A stretch of 61,972 nt of DNA, filler included, from an uncultured bacterium (GTDB taxonomy: Bacteria > DAOPZR01): the NCBI GenBank assembly GCA_964637655.1. It is 7 parts of 7 records of this genome, joined end to end, with 100 filler letters (N's around TTAATTAATTAA, not from the genome) between each part and the next. Parts side by side here need not be neighbours in the genome. Positions count along the whole stretch, not along the records: positions 1 to 8,891 come from CAZWUZ010000164.1; positions 8,992 to 17,796 come from CAZWUZ010000165.1; 5 more parts are not named here. One strand, 5' to 3'. Each line of letters begins with the position of its first letter. The first letter of the stretch is position 1. The translations under genes were made by a program, and so were the position numbers. The notes under the pieces are model-generated. The model made no database searches, was not told the DNA's origin, and saw nothing but the letters and a program-made list of their open reading frames with translations. Positions 1 to 9,505 of this stretch are shown in pieces.

Positions 1-59
1 CGCAGTTGTTCCCGGATTGCCTGTTCATCATCCACCAGCAAAATCCTGAACTGTTCCAT
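1..59 (-). CDS. Response regulator receiver-domain protein, N-terminus only (runs off contig end)
   Basis: Manual translation MEQFRILLVDDEQAIREQL with the receiver beta-1 motif ILLVDDE; GGGAG RBS upstream; not in ORF track. Confidence 0.75.
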   Translation of the reverse strand, partial: MEQFRILLVDDEQAIREQL

Positions 60-882
60 GGTCCGCTCCCTGCCCAACCCCTATTCCTCCTGCGAGGCTC
101 TGAGCGCCTCGTTGGCGGCCTGAACTTCCTCGTTCATGTCCGGCAGTTTCTCGTCTGCTGACGGTTTGCCGCTGACGTACGTTCCGGACCAGCGTGCCAA
201 TCCGTGCACGCCGCCGCCGCGCTGCCTGCCGCCACGCTTGTGGCGTTGTCATGGGCACGCGGCGTCCGCGTGAACAGTAGTCGACGCCTGTGCCCGGCGC
301 TGGCCGGTCCGTCCGCCTTCTGCAGTTGGCGCAGGGCGAACATCGCATCGCGCAGCTTCAACGCCGCCGCCACCGCGGTCGAAGCCGGTATCGGTATTAC
401 GGTCTCAGCGGAATCGGCGTCGGCTGACCCTTCGCGGCTGAGGATCTCCCCCCCCGGCATGGCATGGGGATCGCTGCCTGATATTCGATTTTTCCCGGTC
501 ACTGTCGACCTCCGCTGCGCTGGCTGCGCCTGCCGCTGTAATGAGCGCGCCGGCACGACTTCCCGTCCGGGATGCCGTTCACCACTGTCCGCAAACGCAA
601 TCCCCGCCCGATTTTCCGACGGGCATCTACCTGAACAGTATACCCGCAACGGTGCTCATCAACCATTGGCGATTTCCGCATTTGCCTGACGTATATTCGC
701 ATCAGACGGGTGACAGCGATTGGGACAGCGAATCGAGATCAGGACGCAAGATAAAGCCGCGGACCTGGTGTGTATCAACCATTCGCACCTCTGCATCCCG
801 ATCGGTACTCCCGGCGATTCCGCAAGAAAATAGCCGGCTGTACGCCACGGCCCATTGACACACCTGCAGCCGGCAGTTATGA

Positions 883-2175
883 TTGCCGCGACGGGAACAG
901 GAGCAGGCCATGCAGGCATTCGACCTTGACGCCTTTCGCGCGTGGTGCGCGAAGCGCGAACTCGGCTTTACCCCGCTGCAGGTGGAAGCGGTGCGCGACA
1001 TCATCGCCGCCGTGCGCGCGGAAGGTGATGCCGCGCTCTGCCGCTTCGGGCAGCAGTTCGACCGCTGCGATTTGCGCGGCAAACCGCTCCGTCTCCCCGC
1101 GTCCGCGTGGCAGGATGCTACCGTCGCGCCGGAACTCGACAGTGCGCTGCGCCTCGCTGCCGCGCATATCCGCGCCTACCACGAAAAGCAGCGCGAAACC
1201 TCATGGCACACCACCGCGGGCCCGCTCGGGCTCGGGCAGCGCGTGACGCCTCTCGACCGCGTCGGCATCTATGTGCCCGGCGGGAGCGCGCCGCTCGTCT
1301 CCACCCTGCTCATGGCCGCCATTCCCGCGCAGGTAGCGGGCGTGAAGGAAATCGTCGTCGCCACGCCGCCGCGCGCGGACGGGAAACTGCATCCCGCCAT
1401 CGCTGCCGCGGTGCGCCTGCTCGGACTGACCGAAATCTACCAGCTGGGCGGGGCGCAGGCGATTGCCGCGCTCGCCTACGGCACCGCCACGGTCAAGCCC
1501 GTGGACAAGATTGTCGGGCCGGGGAACGCCTACGTCGCCATTGCCAAGCAGTTCGTTTTCGGGCAGTGCGGCATCGACATGGTCGCGGGACCGAGTGAAG
1601 TGATGGTCATCGCCGACGGCAGCGTCAGTCCCGCCTGGGTGGCGGCTGACCTGCTCGCGCAGGCGGAACACGACCCGCAGGCGCGAGTCGCGGTCATCGC
1701 CTGGGAGCAGCCGGTGCTCGACGCCATCGCCGCCGAAACGGATCGGCAGCTCGCCGCGCTGCCGCGTCAGGAAATTGCCGCGCCGGCCATCGCCGCGAGC
1801 GTCAGCGTCCTCGTGCGTGACGCGCAGCAGGCCGCCGAGGCCGCCAATGCCATGGCCCCCGAGCATCTCGAACTGGCGGTGGCACAGCCCGCGCCGCTCC
1901 TCGCGCTGATCCGCCATGCCGGCGCCATTTTCGTCGGCGGTTTCGCCTGCGAGGCGCTCGGCGACTACATTGCCGGACCCAACCATACGCTGCCGACCGG
2001 GGGCACCGCGCGCTTCTTCTCGCCGCTCGGCTGGTACGATTTCGTCAAGCGCTCGTCCGTCATCAGCGCGACCGATTCCCCCGCGCTGCGCGACCTGGCG
2101 CGCGCCGCGGCTGCCATCGCGCGCGCCGAGGGGCTCGACGCGCACGCCCGCGCGCTCGACCTGCGCGGCGAATGA
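883..2175 (+). CDS. hisD: Histidinol dehydrogenase (start may be 910)
   Basis: GIYVPGG, DKIVGPGNAYV, DMVAGPSE, QAEHD, PEHLEL, GDYIAGPNHTLPT. Confidence 0.97.
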   Translation: MPRREQEQAMQAFDLDAFRAWCAKRELGFTPLQVEAVRDIIAAVRAEGDAALCRFGQQFDRCDLRGKPLRLPASAWQDATVAPELDSALRLAAAHIRAYHEKQRETSWHTTAGPLGLGQRVTPLDRVGIYVPGGSAPLVSTLLMAAIPAQVAGVKEIVVATPPRADGKLHPAIAAAVRLLGLTEIYQLGGAQAIAALAYGTATVKPVDKIVGPGNAYVAIAKQFVFGQCGIDMVAGPSEVMVIADGSVSPAWVAADLLAQAEHDPQARVAVIAWEQPVLDAIAAETDRQLAALPRQEIAAPAIAASVSVLVRDAQQAAEAANAMAPEHLELAVAQPAPLLALIRHAGAIFVGGFACEALGDYIAGPNHTLPTGGTARFFSPLGWYDFVKRSSVISATDSPALRDLARAAAAIARAEGLDAHARALDLRGE

Positions 2176-3203
2176 ATTTCGAACGTTTTCTCCGGCCCGG
2201 GGTCGCCACCGCGCGCCCCTACACCGTGACCGACATGGGCACCACCGCGCTGCGTCTCAAGGACAACGAGAGTCCGCTGACACTGTCGGCTGCGCAGCAG
2301 CAGGCGCTGCTCGCCCCGCTGCAGGGGCTGCAGTTCAACCGCTACCCCGACTCGCTGCGCGTCCTGCGCGAAAAACTTGCCGCGAAACATGACTGGCCGC
2401 TCGACGGCATCGCGCTCGGTAACGGCTCCGACGAACTCATCCTGCTCCTGCTGCTCACGCTCGGGCGCGGGCCCGTGGTGGTGCATCGCCCGACCTTTGT
2501 CATGTACGAACATATCGCGCGGGTGCTCGACCGTCCCGTGACCGTGCTCGACCTCGATCCGGAAACGTGGGAACTGCCGCTGAGCACCGCTGACGCGGCA
2601 AAGAATGCCGCGCTGGTCTTTCTCGCCACGCCCAACAGCCCGACGGGGAACGCCTACGCCCGCGAACGCATCGAGGCGGTGCTGCGCGTCGCCGGCGGAC
2701 TGGTGGTCATCGACGAAGCGTATGCCGACTACGCGGGCATTTCCTACCGCGACCTGCTCGTGCAGTACCATAACGCGGTCATCCTGCGCACCTTTTCCAA
2801 GGTCGGGCTGGCGGGATTGCGCCTCGGCTACCTGCTGGCACAGCCGCAGGTCATCGACTACCTCGTGCGGGTCAAATTGCCCTATAACGTCAATGCCGCG
2901 GTCGCCGCGATAGGGTGCGCCTACCTCGACACGGTGGACATCAATACGCTGGTTGCCCCGGTGGTGGCAGCGCGCGCGGAACTGGCGGCCGGGCTGCAGT
3001 CGCTCGGCTGGACGGTCTACCCGTCGCAGGCCAACCTGCTCTTCTGCCGGGTGGCAGGTGCGCGCGCCATCGTGGAACAACTGCGCGCGCACGATATCTG
3101 GATACGCGATTTCGACGGGGCCTTCGCTGACTATGTGCGCATCACCGTCGGCACCCGTGAAGAGAACGCGCGGCTCTTTGCCGCGCTCAAGGAACTCTGC
3201 TGA
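2172..3203 (+). CDS. hisC: Histidinol-phosphate aminotransferase
   Basis: NRYPD, GNGSDELI, PNSPTG, DEAY, RTFSK-x-GLAGLRLGY; ATGA overlap with hisD. Confidence 0.95.
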   Translation: MNFERFLRPGVATARPYTVTDMGTTALRLKDNESPLTLSAAQQQALLAPLQGLQFNRYPDSLRVLREKLAAKHDWPLDGIALGNGSDELILLLLLTLGRGPVVVHRPTFVMYEHIARVLDRPVTVLDLDPETWELPLSTADAAKNAALVFLATPNSPTGNAYARERIEAVLRVAGGLVVIDEAYADYAGISYRDLLVQYHNAVILRTFSKVGLAGLRLGYLLAQPQVIDYLVRVKLPYNVNAAVAAIGCAYLDTVDINTLVAPVVAARAELAAGLQSLGWTVYPSQANLLFCRVAGARAIVEQLRAHDIWIRDFDGAFADYVRITVGTREENARLFAALKELC

Positions 3204-3214
3204 GGACGGACACC

Positions 3215-3799
3215 ATGGCACGCACCGGCACGGTCAAGCGCGACACGAAGGAAACGAAGATCACGGCGATCATATCGCCGGACGGCGGCGCGGTGCAGGT
3301 CGGCACCGGCATGCCCTTCTGGGACCACATGCTGACGCTGCTCGGCACGCACAGCGCGTTCGCGCTGCAGGTGAGTGCGCTGGGCGACATCGAGATCGAC
3401 GATCACCACACGCTCGAGGATACGGGAATTGCGCTTGGGCAGGCGCTGAAGCAGGCACTCGGCGACTGCCGCGGCATCACCCGCTTCGCCGATGTGACGG
3501 TGCCGATGGACGAGGCGCTGGCACATTGCGTGCTCGACATCAGCAACCGCCCGCTGCTCGTCTACACCGTGCACAGCGGCACGCCCGCACCCGACACCCG
3601 CCTGCAGCTGGCGGAGGAATTCTTCCGCGCGTTTGCGCAGAACGCCGGACTGACGCTGCATCTGTCCATCACCGCCGGGGCCAACGAGCATCACATGCTC
3701 GAAGCGGCGTTCAAGGCGCTGGCGCGCGCGCTGCGCATCGCCTGCGCCATCGACCCGCAGCGCCCCGACACCGTCCCCTCCAGCAAGGGCGTGCTGTAA
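3215..3799 (+). CDS. hisB: Imidazoleglycerol-phosphate dehydratase
   Basis: RDTKET, DHML, DDHHTLED, PMDEAL, NEHHMLEAAFKA, PSSKGVL. Confidence 0.97.
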   Translation: MARTGTVKRDTKETKITAIISPDGGAVQVGTGMPFWDHMLTLLGTHSAFALQVSALGDIEIDDHHTLEDTGIALGQALKQALGDCRGITRFADVTVPMDEALAHCVLDISNRPLLVYTVHSGTPAPDTRLQLAEEFFRAFAQNAGLTLHLSITAGANEHHMLEAAFKALARALRIACAIDPQRPDTVPSSKGVL

Positions 3800-3980
3800 G
3801 CGTCCGGACAGATACTGTCGGGCGCGAGTAGCCATTACGTTTCGGGTCATCGGCCGGCAGCCCGTATTCCTCGTTCCCCTTGTGCATTGCCGTCCCATAC
3901 GTCCGGGTATGCCTTGCGTCCCCTTCGCCTGATGTGCTTCGTTGTCCCTTGCCCGTGTATGTCCGGTAAGGTTCCCGTAT

Positions 3981-4024
3981 TTCCCCTCTCCCATTGGTAG
4001 AGGGAGCCGCGAAGCGGCGAGGGC
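3981..4024 (-). repeat. REP-like palindromic element (CCCTC...CCCTCT.CC...GGGAGAGGGG family)
   Basis: Minus strand CCCTCGCCGCTTCGCGGCTCCCTCTACCAATGGGAGAGGGGA resembles the copy at 8720-8766. Confidence 0.6.
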
Positions 4025-4134
4025 ACACGTCGGTAGTATGCCCAACTTTCGACAGATTCCTGCAACGCGCCGGCGGCAGGCGCTGTAGATACCCACAGAG
4101 CGGCAGAAAAGCCGCCACCCGAAGGGAGATGGGT

Positions 4135-4707
4135 ATGCACAAGGTGGTGTGTGTCATCGGAGTTATCTGTCTGTTGGCCGGCGCGGTCAGCGCGGAGGAA
4201 CCCGCAGCGGTCAGTTCGCCGATGGCGGTCGGTTTCATCGGTGGTTTCAAGATGCTGGATGATGGTGATTGGAGTCCCGTGGAGAATCAGGCCGCCATCG
4301 GCGCGCGGGTCGATATCGGCACGCTGGACTGGCCCTGCTTTATTGCGGCCGATTATCTGCACAGCACCGATAACGGCGAGGTCAACGGCATCGGTGTCAC
4401 CGGTGAAACCTCCGAAATTTTCGTCGGCGTGCGCAAATACTTCCCCACCAGCGGGTTTCACCCATTTATCGGGGGCGGCGTCACCTTCGCCACTGCTGAG
4501 GCCTCCGCCCGGCTGGGCAATCTGTCCGTCAGTGCCAGCGAAAATGCTGTAGGCGGGTTTGTCACCGGCGGCATGGTGACGCCGGTTGCCGAGCATTTTT
4601 CCACCGCCATCGACCTGCGCTACTCGTGGGCCGAAACGGACATCGGCACCGTCTCCTTCAATGCCGGTGGTTTCACCGTCGCCGGGGTGCTCGGGTTCAG
4701 TTTCTGA
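4135..4707 (+). CDS. Outer-membrane beta-barrel protein (OmpA/OmpW-like)
   Basis: Signal peptide, alternating beta strands, HPFIGGG, DLRYSW, C-terminal Phe (GFSF). Confidence 0.8.
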   Translation: MHKVVCVIGVICLLAGAVSAEEPAAVSSPMAVGFIGGFKMLDDGDWSPVENQAAIGARVDIGTLDWPCFIAADYLHSTDNGEVNGIGVTGETSEIFVGVRKYFPTSGFHPFIGGGVTFATAEASARLGNLSVSASENAVGGFVTGGMVTPVAEHFSTAIDLRYSWAETDIGTVSFNAGGFTVAGVLGFSF

Positions 4708-4713
4708 AACCGT

Positions 4714-4742
4714 GGCCGCCCCGCCGTAATGCGGGGCGGCCG
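4714..4742 (+). terminator. GC-rich hairpin after the OMP gene
   Basis: GGCCGCCCCGC-cgtaat-GCGGGGCGGCC. Confidence 0.55.
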
Positions 4743-4743
4743 G

Positions 4744-4772
4744 TTGAATTCCCCGGCCGAATTCGGTATACT
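4744..4772 (+). promoter_or_regulatory. Sigma70-type promoter for the HicBA-like/R-M cluster
   Basis: TTGAAT-17bp-TATACT, then AAGGAGG RBS before ATG 4799. Confidence 0.6.
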
Positions 4773-4798
4773 GCATGTGTGGTAAAGGAGGGCCCGCA

Positions 4799-5251
4799 AT
4801 GAAAGAGCAACCGCGTGAACCGCAGCATCTGAGCGAAGTCCGTTTTGCGGCCGGCATCGCCGGGCCGTTCAAAAATCTGCAAACCGGCGAGGACGTTTCG
4901 CTGAGCATCCTGTTCGAAAAGGATATCGATACCGGTGTGTGGATCGGTTCATGCCTCGAGCACAGCGCGTATTATGAGGGCAATCCCGGTGATTCGCTGG
5001 GCGAGGTTTCCCGCCTGTTTCGCAACTATCTGCTGGAACTGCTGAACGGCGGCCTGCTGCACGATTTTCCGCCGGCCGATGCCGACTGCGTTGCGCTCTG
5101 GAACAGCATCCGCACCAATGGCCGGATGTCGTCCGCTTTCGGTGACCCCCGGCAGGTTATCGATTCACTGGCCGATGGGCGGACTGTGGCAACCCGGCAG
5201 ACGCCGGCACTGTTTGTCGATACGAAAGACGATCTCGAGTTGGCTGCCTGA
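4799..5251 (+). CDS. Divergent HicB-like protein (putative antitoxin)
   Basis: ILFEKDIDTGVWIGSCLEHSAYYEG resembles the HicB N-terminal pattern; precedes a HicA-like ORF. Confidence 0.45.
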   Translation: MKEQPREPQHLSEVRFAAGIAGPFKNLQTGEDVSLSILFEKDIDTGVWIGSCLEHSAYYEGNPGDSLGEVSRLFRNYLLELLNGGLLHDFPPADADCVALWNSIRTNGRMSSAFGDPRQVIDSLADGRTVATRQTPALFVDTKDDLELAA

Positions 5252-5254
5252 TCA

Positions 5255-5497
5255 GTGGGCAGCAAGGGCCTGCTGCTCACGGCCGAACAGGCGCGCCGGG
5301 CGCTGCTGTCACTCGGTTTCACTTACGATCGCGATTCCACGCACGATCACGTTTATCGTCTCCCCGGATCGGGTACGGCCTGTTCCTTTCCCAAGAAAGG
5401 GATTTATTCGCGCAATGTCCTTGCCAAATTGCTGCATCAGCTGCGCCAGGCGGGAGTAAACACCACGCAGGAGGCCTTCCTGCGTGCCGCCCGCTAA
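5255..5497 (+). CDS. HicA-like toxin (putative)
   Basis: 80 aa, basic; RRALLSLGFTYDRDSTHDHVY...FPKK...LAKLLHQ follows the HicA pattern. Confidence 0.5.
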   Translation: MGSKGLLLTAEQARRALLSLGFTYDRDSTHDHVYRLPGSGTACSFPKKGIYSRNVLAKLLHQLRQAGVNTTQEAFLRAAR

Positions 5498-5516
5498 CCG
5501 CGTGAGACCCGCATAA

Positions 5517-8267
5517 ATGCCGATCAGCTGGAACGAGATCCGCGACCGCGCGCTGCGCTTCAGCGCGGAGTTCAAGCACGACACCGCCGAGGATGCCGAG
5601 GCCAAATCGTTCTGGGACGCCTTTTTCAACATCTTCGGCGTGCCGCGTCGCCGTGTCGCCACCTTCGAAACGCCGGTCAAAAAGCAGGACGGGCGCGGCG
5701 GCTACATCGACCTGCTGTGGAAGGGGGTGCTGCTCGTCGAGCACAAGTCGCGCGGCAAGGACCTCGACCGCGCCTTCCGGCAGGCCGTCGACTACTTCCC
5801 CAATCTGCCGGACCGCGACCTGCCCAAATACGTGCTCGTCTCCGATTTCGCCCGCTTCCGCCTCTATAACCTCGAGGATGACACGCAGGACGAATTCCCG
5901 CTGGCCGACCTGCATAAGCAGGTGAAACTGTTCGGTTTCATGGCCGGTTACCAGACGCAAAAAATCACGCCCGAGGACCCCGCCAATATCAAGGCGGCGG
6001 AACTGATGGGGAAACTGCACGACCAGCTCAAGGCCTCGGGGTATGCCGGGCATCCCCTCGAAGTGTTTCTCGTCCGCCTCCTCTTCTGCCTCTTCGCCGA
6101 GGACACCGGCATTTTCGAGAAGCGCCAGTTCCAGGACTATCTCGAACTGCGCACTGCGCCCGACGGTCATGACCTGGGCGCGCACCTGAGCATGGTTTTC
6201 CATGTGCTCAACACCGACCTGCCGCAGCGCCAGCAGAAACTCGACGAACATCTTGCCGCGTTCCCCTACGTCAACGGCAAACTCTTCGCCGAGGTGCTGC
6301 CGCCCGCGTCATTCGACAGCGCCATGCGCACCGCCCTGCTCGACTGCTGCGCGCTCGACTGGAGCCGCATCAGTCCCGCCATCTTCGGTTCGCTCTTTCA
6401 GTCAGTGATGGACGCGAAGGCACGACGCAACCTCGGTGCGCATTACACGCGCGAGACCAACATCCTGCGCCTGATCAAGCCCCTCTTCCTCGATACCTTG
6501 TGGGCCGAGTTCGTCGCCGTACAGCGCAGCCGCCCGAAACTGCTGGCGCTGCAGCAGAAACTCGCGGGACTGAAGTTTCTCGATCCCGCCTGCGGTTGCG
6601 GCAATTTCCTCGTCATCGCCTACCGCGAATTGCGCCTGCTGGAACTGGCCATTCTCAAGGAACTGCACACCTCGGGGCAGTTGCACCTTGACATCCGCGC
6701 CATTGTGCACGTCAATGTCAACCAGTTTTCCGGCATCGAGTGCGAGGAGTTCCCCGCGCAGATTGCGCAGGTGGCGCTCTGGCTCACCGACCATCAGATG
6801 AACATGGAAATCACCCGGGAATTCGGGCCGTATCTCGATATGCTGCCGCTGACCAAGTCGGCCACCATCGTGCACGGCAATGCGCTGACGCTCGACTGGC
6901 GCACCGTCGTCGCACCTGCAGAACTGTCGTACCTCCTCGGCAATCCCCCGTTTGTCGGCGCCAAGTTCATGAGCGAGACGCAGCGCGCGGAAATGGCGGC
7001 GGTCTTTGGCGCCGTGCGCGGCGCGGGGGTCATCGATTATGTCGGCGCGTGGTACCGCAAGGCGGCCGACTACATGGCGGAAAACCGCGCCATTACGGCT
7101 GCGTTCGTCTCGGCCAACTCGATTACGCAGGGGGAACAGGTGACCGCGCTGTGGTGCGACCTGTTCGCGCGCGGCGTGCAGTTCCATTTCGCGCATCGCA
7201 CCTTCCAGTGGTCGAGTGAAGCGCGCGGTGCGGCCGCCGTGCATTGCGTCATTATCGGCTTTGCCCTGCGCGAGCCGCCGCAGCGCGTGCTCTTCGAATA
7301 CGCCACGCTGCAGGCGGAACCGCAGGCGCTCAATGTCGCCCGCATCAGCCCGTATCTGGTCGATGCGCCCGTGGTCTGGCTGGAAAACCGCAGCCAGCCG
7401 CTGTGTGACGTGCCGGCCATGGCCATCGGCAATCAACCGATCGACGGCGGCAATTACCTGTTCACGCCGGAAGAAAAGGCGCAATTCCTTGCCAGCGAAT
7501 CGGCAGCGGCAGCGCACTTTCGACGCTGGCTGGGGGCAGAGGAATTCATCAACGGCATCGAGCGCTGGTGCCTGTGGCTGGGTGACTGCCCGCCGGAACA
7601 GTTGCGCGCCATGCCTAAATGCCTGAAACGCATTGAGGCCGTACGCCAGTTCCGGCTCGCCTCGAAAAGAGCCGCCACACGCAAAATCGCCGCCACCCCA
7701 ACCCGTTTTCTCGTTGAAAATATGCCGACTGGTCATTCGCTGGTCGTACCTGAGGTATCAAGCGAACGGCGTCAGTTTATTCCCGTCGGCTTTATCGGGC
7801 CTGACATACTCTGCAGCAATTTGCTGAAGCTGGTGCCCGACGCCACGCTCTATCATTTCGGTGTCATTCAATCGACCATGCACATGGCGTGGACGCGCAT
7901 TGCCTGTGGTCGTCTGAAAAGCGATTACCGCTATTCCAGCGGCATCGTCTACAATAATTTTCCGTGGCCGACACCGACGGACAGGCAACGCGCCGCCATC
8001 GAAACCGCCGCGCAGGGCGTGCTCGATGCCCGCGCGCAATTCCCGCAGAGCACGCTTGCCGACCTCTATGACCCCGTCACCATGCCGCCCGCGCTCACCC
8101 GCGCGCATCAGGACCTCGACCGCGCCGTCGATGCCGCTTACGGCAAGACCAGTTTCGTCAACGAACTCGCCCGCATCACCTTGCTGTTCGAGCGCTATCA
8201 GGCCATCGTCAGCCCGCTCTTCTCTCCGCCCAAGCGTACCCGCGGCGGCCGCCGCAATCAGGTGTAG
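5517..8267 (+). CDS. MmeI-family Type IIL restriction endonuclease/N6-adenine methyltransferase
   Basis: MmeI-like start ISWNEIR; nuclease YIDLLWKG-VLLVEHKS; GAHYT, FLDPACGCGNF, GNPPF; TRD VSSERR, GRLKSDYRYS; TLADLYDP; 916 aa. Confidence 0.92.
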   Translation: MPISWNEIRDRALRFSAEFKHDTAEDAEAKSFWDAFFNIFGVPRRRVATFETPVKKQDGRGGYIDLLWKGVLLVEHKSRGKDLDRAFRQAVDYFPNLPDRDLPKYVLVSDFARFRLYNLEDDTQDEFPLADLHKQVKLFGFMAGYQTQKITPEDPANIKAAELMGKLHDQLKASGYAGHPLEVFLVRLLFCLFAEDTGIFEKRQFQDYLELRTAPDGHDLGAHLSMVFHVLNTDLPQRQQKLDEHLAAFPYVNGKLFAEVLPPASFDSAMRTALLDCCALDWSRISPAIFGSLFQSVMDAKARRNLGAHYTRETNILRLIKPLFLDTLWAEFVAVQRSRPKLLALQQKLAGLKFLDPACGCGNFLVIAYRELRLLELAILKELHTSGQLHLDIRAIVHVNVNQFSGIECEEFPAQIAQVALWLTDHQMNMEITREFGPYLDMLPLTKSATIVHGNALTLDWRTVVAPAELSYLLGNPPFVGAKFMSETQRAEMAAVFGAVRGAGVIDYVGAWYRKAADYMAENRAITAAFVSANSITQGEQVTALWCDLFARGVQFHFAHRTFQWSSEARGAAAVHCVIIGFALREPPQRVLFEYATLQAEPQALNVARISPYLVDAPVVWLENRSQPLCDVPAMAIGNQPIDGGNYLFTPEEKAQFLASESAAAAHFRRWLGAEEFINGIERWCLWLGDCPPEQLRAMPKCLKRIEAVRQFRLASKRAATRKIAATPTRFLVENMPTGHSLVVPEVSSERRQFIPVGFIGPDILCSNLLKLVPDATLYHFGVIQSTMHMAWTRIACGRLKSDYRYSSGIVYNNFPWPTPTDRQRAAIETAAQGVLDARAQFPQSTLADLYDPVTMPPALTRAHQDLDRAVDAAYGKTSFVNELARITLLFERYQAIVSPLFSPPKRTRGGRRNQV

Positions 8268-8290
8268 CCCCCTCGCCTCGCGACCAATCC

Positions 8291-8319
8291 TTGACCGATA
8301 GTATCACCTGTAGTATCAT
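8291..8319 (+). promoter_or_regulatory. Sigma70 promoter with repeated TAGTATCA operator-like motif
   Basis: TTGACC-17bp-TATCAT; TAGTATCA occurs twice within it. Confidence 0.65.
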
Positions 8320-8360
8320 CACAACGGTGCACAAACTGCGTGCCGGGAAAGGACACTGAC

Positions 8361-8681
8361 ATGCCGGACCGTTATGCGTATCGCGTCATCTGGTCGGAGG
8401 AGGACGGCGAGTATGTCGGCCTCTGCGCTGAATTTCCGTCACTGAGTCATCCGGCAAAATCGCCGGAAAAGGCACTGGCCGGCATCCGCAAACTCGTGGG
8501 GCATATCGTTGCCGATCTGCGCAAGAACGGCGAAGCCATTCCGGAGCCGCTCGGTCTGCTCCGCTACAGCGGTCGCTTTGTCGTACGCGTCTCCCCGGAA
8601 ATTCACCGTCGCCTGGCACTGGAAGCGGCGGAAGCGGGCGTGTCGCTCAATGCCTGCGTCGCCGCCCGTCTCGCCGGCTGA
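8361..8681 (+). CDS. HicB-family antitoxin with C-terminal RHH; no intact toxin partner
   Basis: YRVIWSEEDGEYVGLCAEFPSLS; YSGRFVVRVSPEIHRRLALEAAEAGVSLN. Confidence 0.88.
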   Translation: MPDRYAYRVIWSEEDGEYVGLCAEFPSLSHPAKSPEKALAGIRKLVGHIVADLRKNGEAIPEPLGLLRYSGRFVVRVSPEIHRRLALEAAEAGVSLNACVAARLAG

Positions 8682-8719
8682 TAGCGCCTCACCTGACACT
8701 ACATTTCGGCTTGACGTAG

Positions 8720-8891
8720 CCCCTCACCCGACGCTGCGCGTCGCCCTCTCCCTGAGGGAGAGGGGACGTACTGGCTGAACAGTTGCCTGGAAGAAGATTT
8801 TTCGTAGCTATTTACCCTCATCCAACCGTCCCCCTCAGAGAGGGGGTAGGCAACACCCTCTCCCGCCTGCGGCGGGAGAGGGAAGGGTGGC
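8720..8891. repeat. Cluster of REP-like palindromes at the contig end
   Basis: CCCTCACCCGACGCTGCGCGTCGCCCTCTCCCTGAGGGAGAGGGG; CCCCCTCAGAGAGGGGG; CCCTCTCCCGCCTGCGGCGGGAGAGGG. Confidence 0.7.
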
Positions 8892-8991
8892 NNNNNNNNN
8901 NNNNNNNNNNNNNNNNNNNNNNNNNNNNNNNNNNNTTAATTAATTAANNNNNNNNNNNNNNNNNNNNNNNNNNNNNNNNNNNNNNNNNNNN
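8892..8991. other. Artificial contig spacer; same at 17797-17896, 26689-26788, 35532-35631, 44362-44461, 53170-53269
   Basis: Identical 100-nt N blocks with TTAATTAATTAA linker. Confidence 0.99.
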
Positions 8992-9415
8992 TGCTGTGCT
9001 GGTGCTGCTGGGCTGGGTAGTGCTGCCGATGGGATTCTTCGGCATCAGCGAGCCGCGCGTACTGGACCGGGAGGCGGTGCGCGCATACGAGACATATTTT
9101 GGCGCCGCCTTCCCGGACTCGGTACAACTGCTCAGTTATCAGAAGTGGCGCGGCCTGGATGGCGGCAACGAAATCCTGAAACTGGCGATGCCGACGCAGG
9201 CGTACGCACAATTCGTCGCGTCGAGCGTGCTGGCAACTGCGGACAGCAGCGCCTACCCGCCGCACAACCTGAATTGCTACACGGTCGATTTGTCGGGCGT
9301 TGCCGGCATCAGGCGCACCCGCCTGTACACGCCGACGATGCTCGTGGAGGAAGTGGTGCTCACCAGCGACACGTGCGAACTGTCGATCACGGTCAACCCG
9401 ATACAGCCCCGATGA
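8992..9415 (+). CDS. Hypothetical membrane-anchored protein, 5'-truncated
   Basis: Open from the contig edge; hydrophobic N-terminal segment. Confidence 0.6.
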
Positions 9416-9505
9416 AGTGCATCATGACAGCATGGAGGCAGGAAGCGAACCGCGGGTTGTCCCCCTGGCTGCGGTGTGATATCATTCGAGTGCAGGAGGT
9501 GGCAT

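Noticed and set aside
81-463. Mini-ORF MNEEVQAANEALRASQEE (81-137, minus) and the upstream ORF as remnants of a CheR/PAS kinase
   Set aside because: Too short and low-complexity to support a call
3895-3950. GGGACGCAAGGC on the minus strand, resembling a c-di-GMP-I riboswitch
   Set aside because: The GAAA-loop hairpin and second stem could not be found, and there is no downstream gene on that strand
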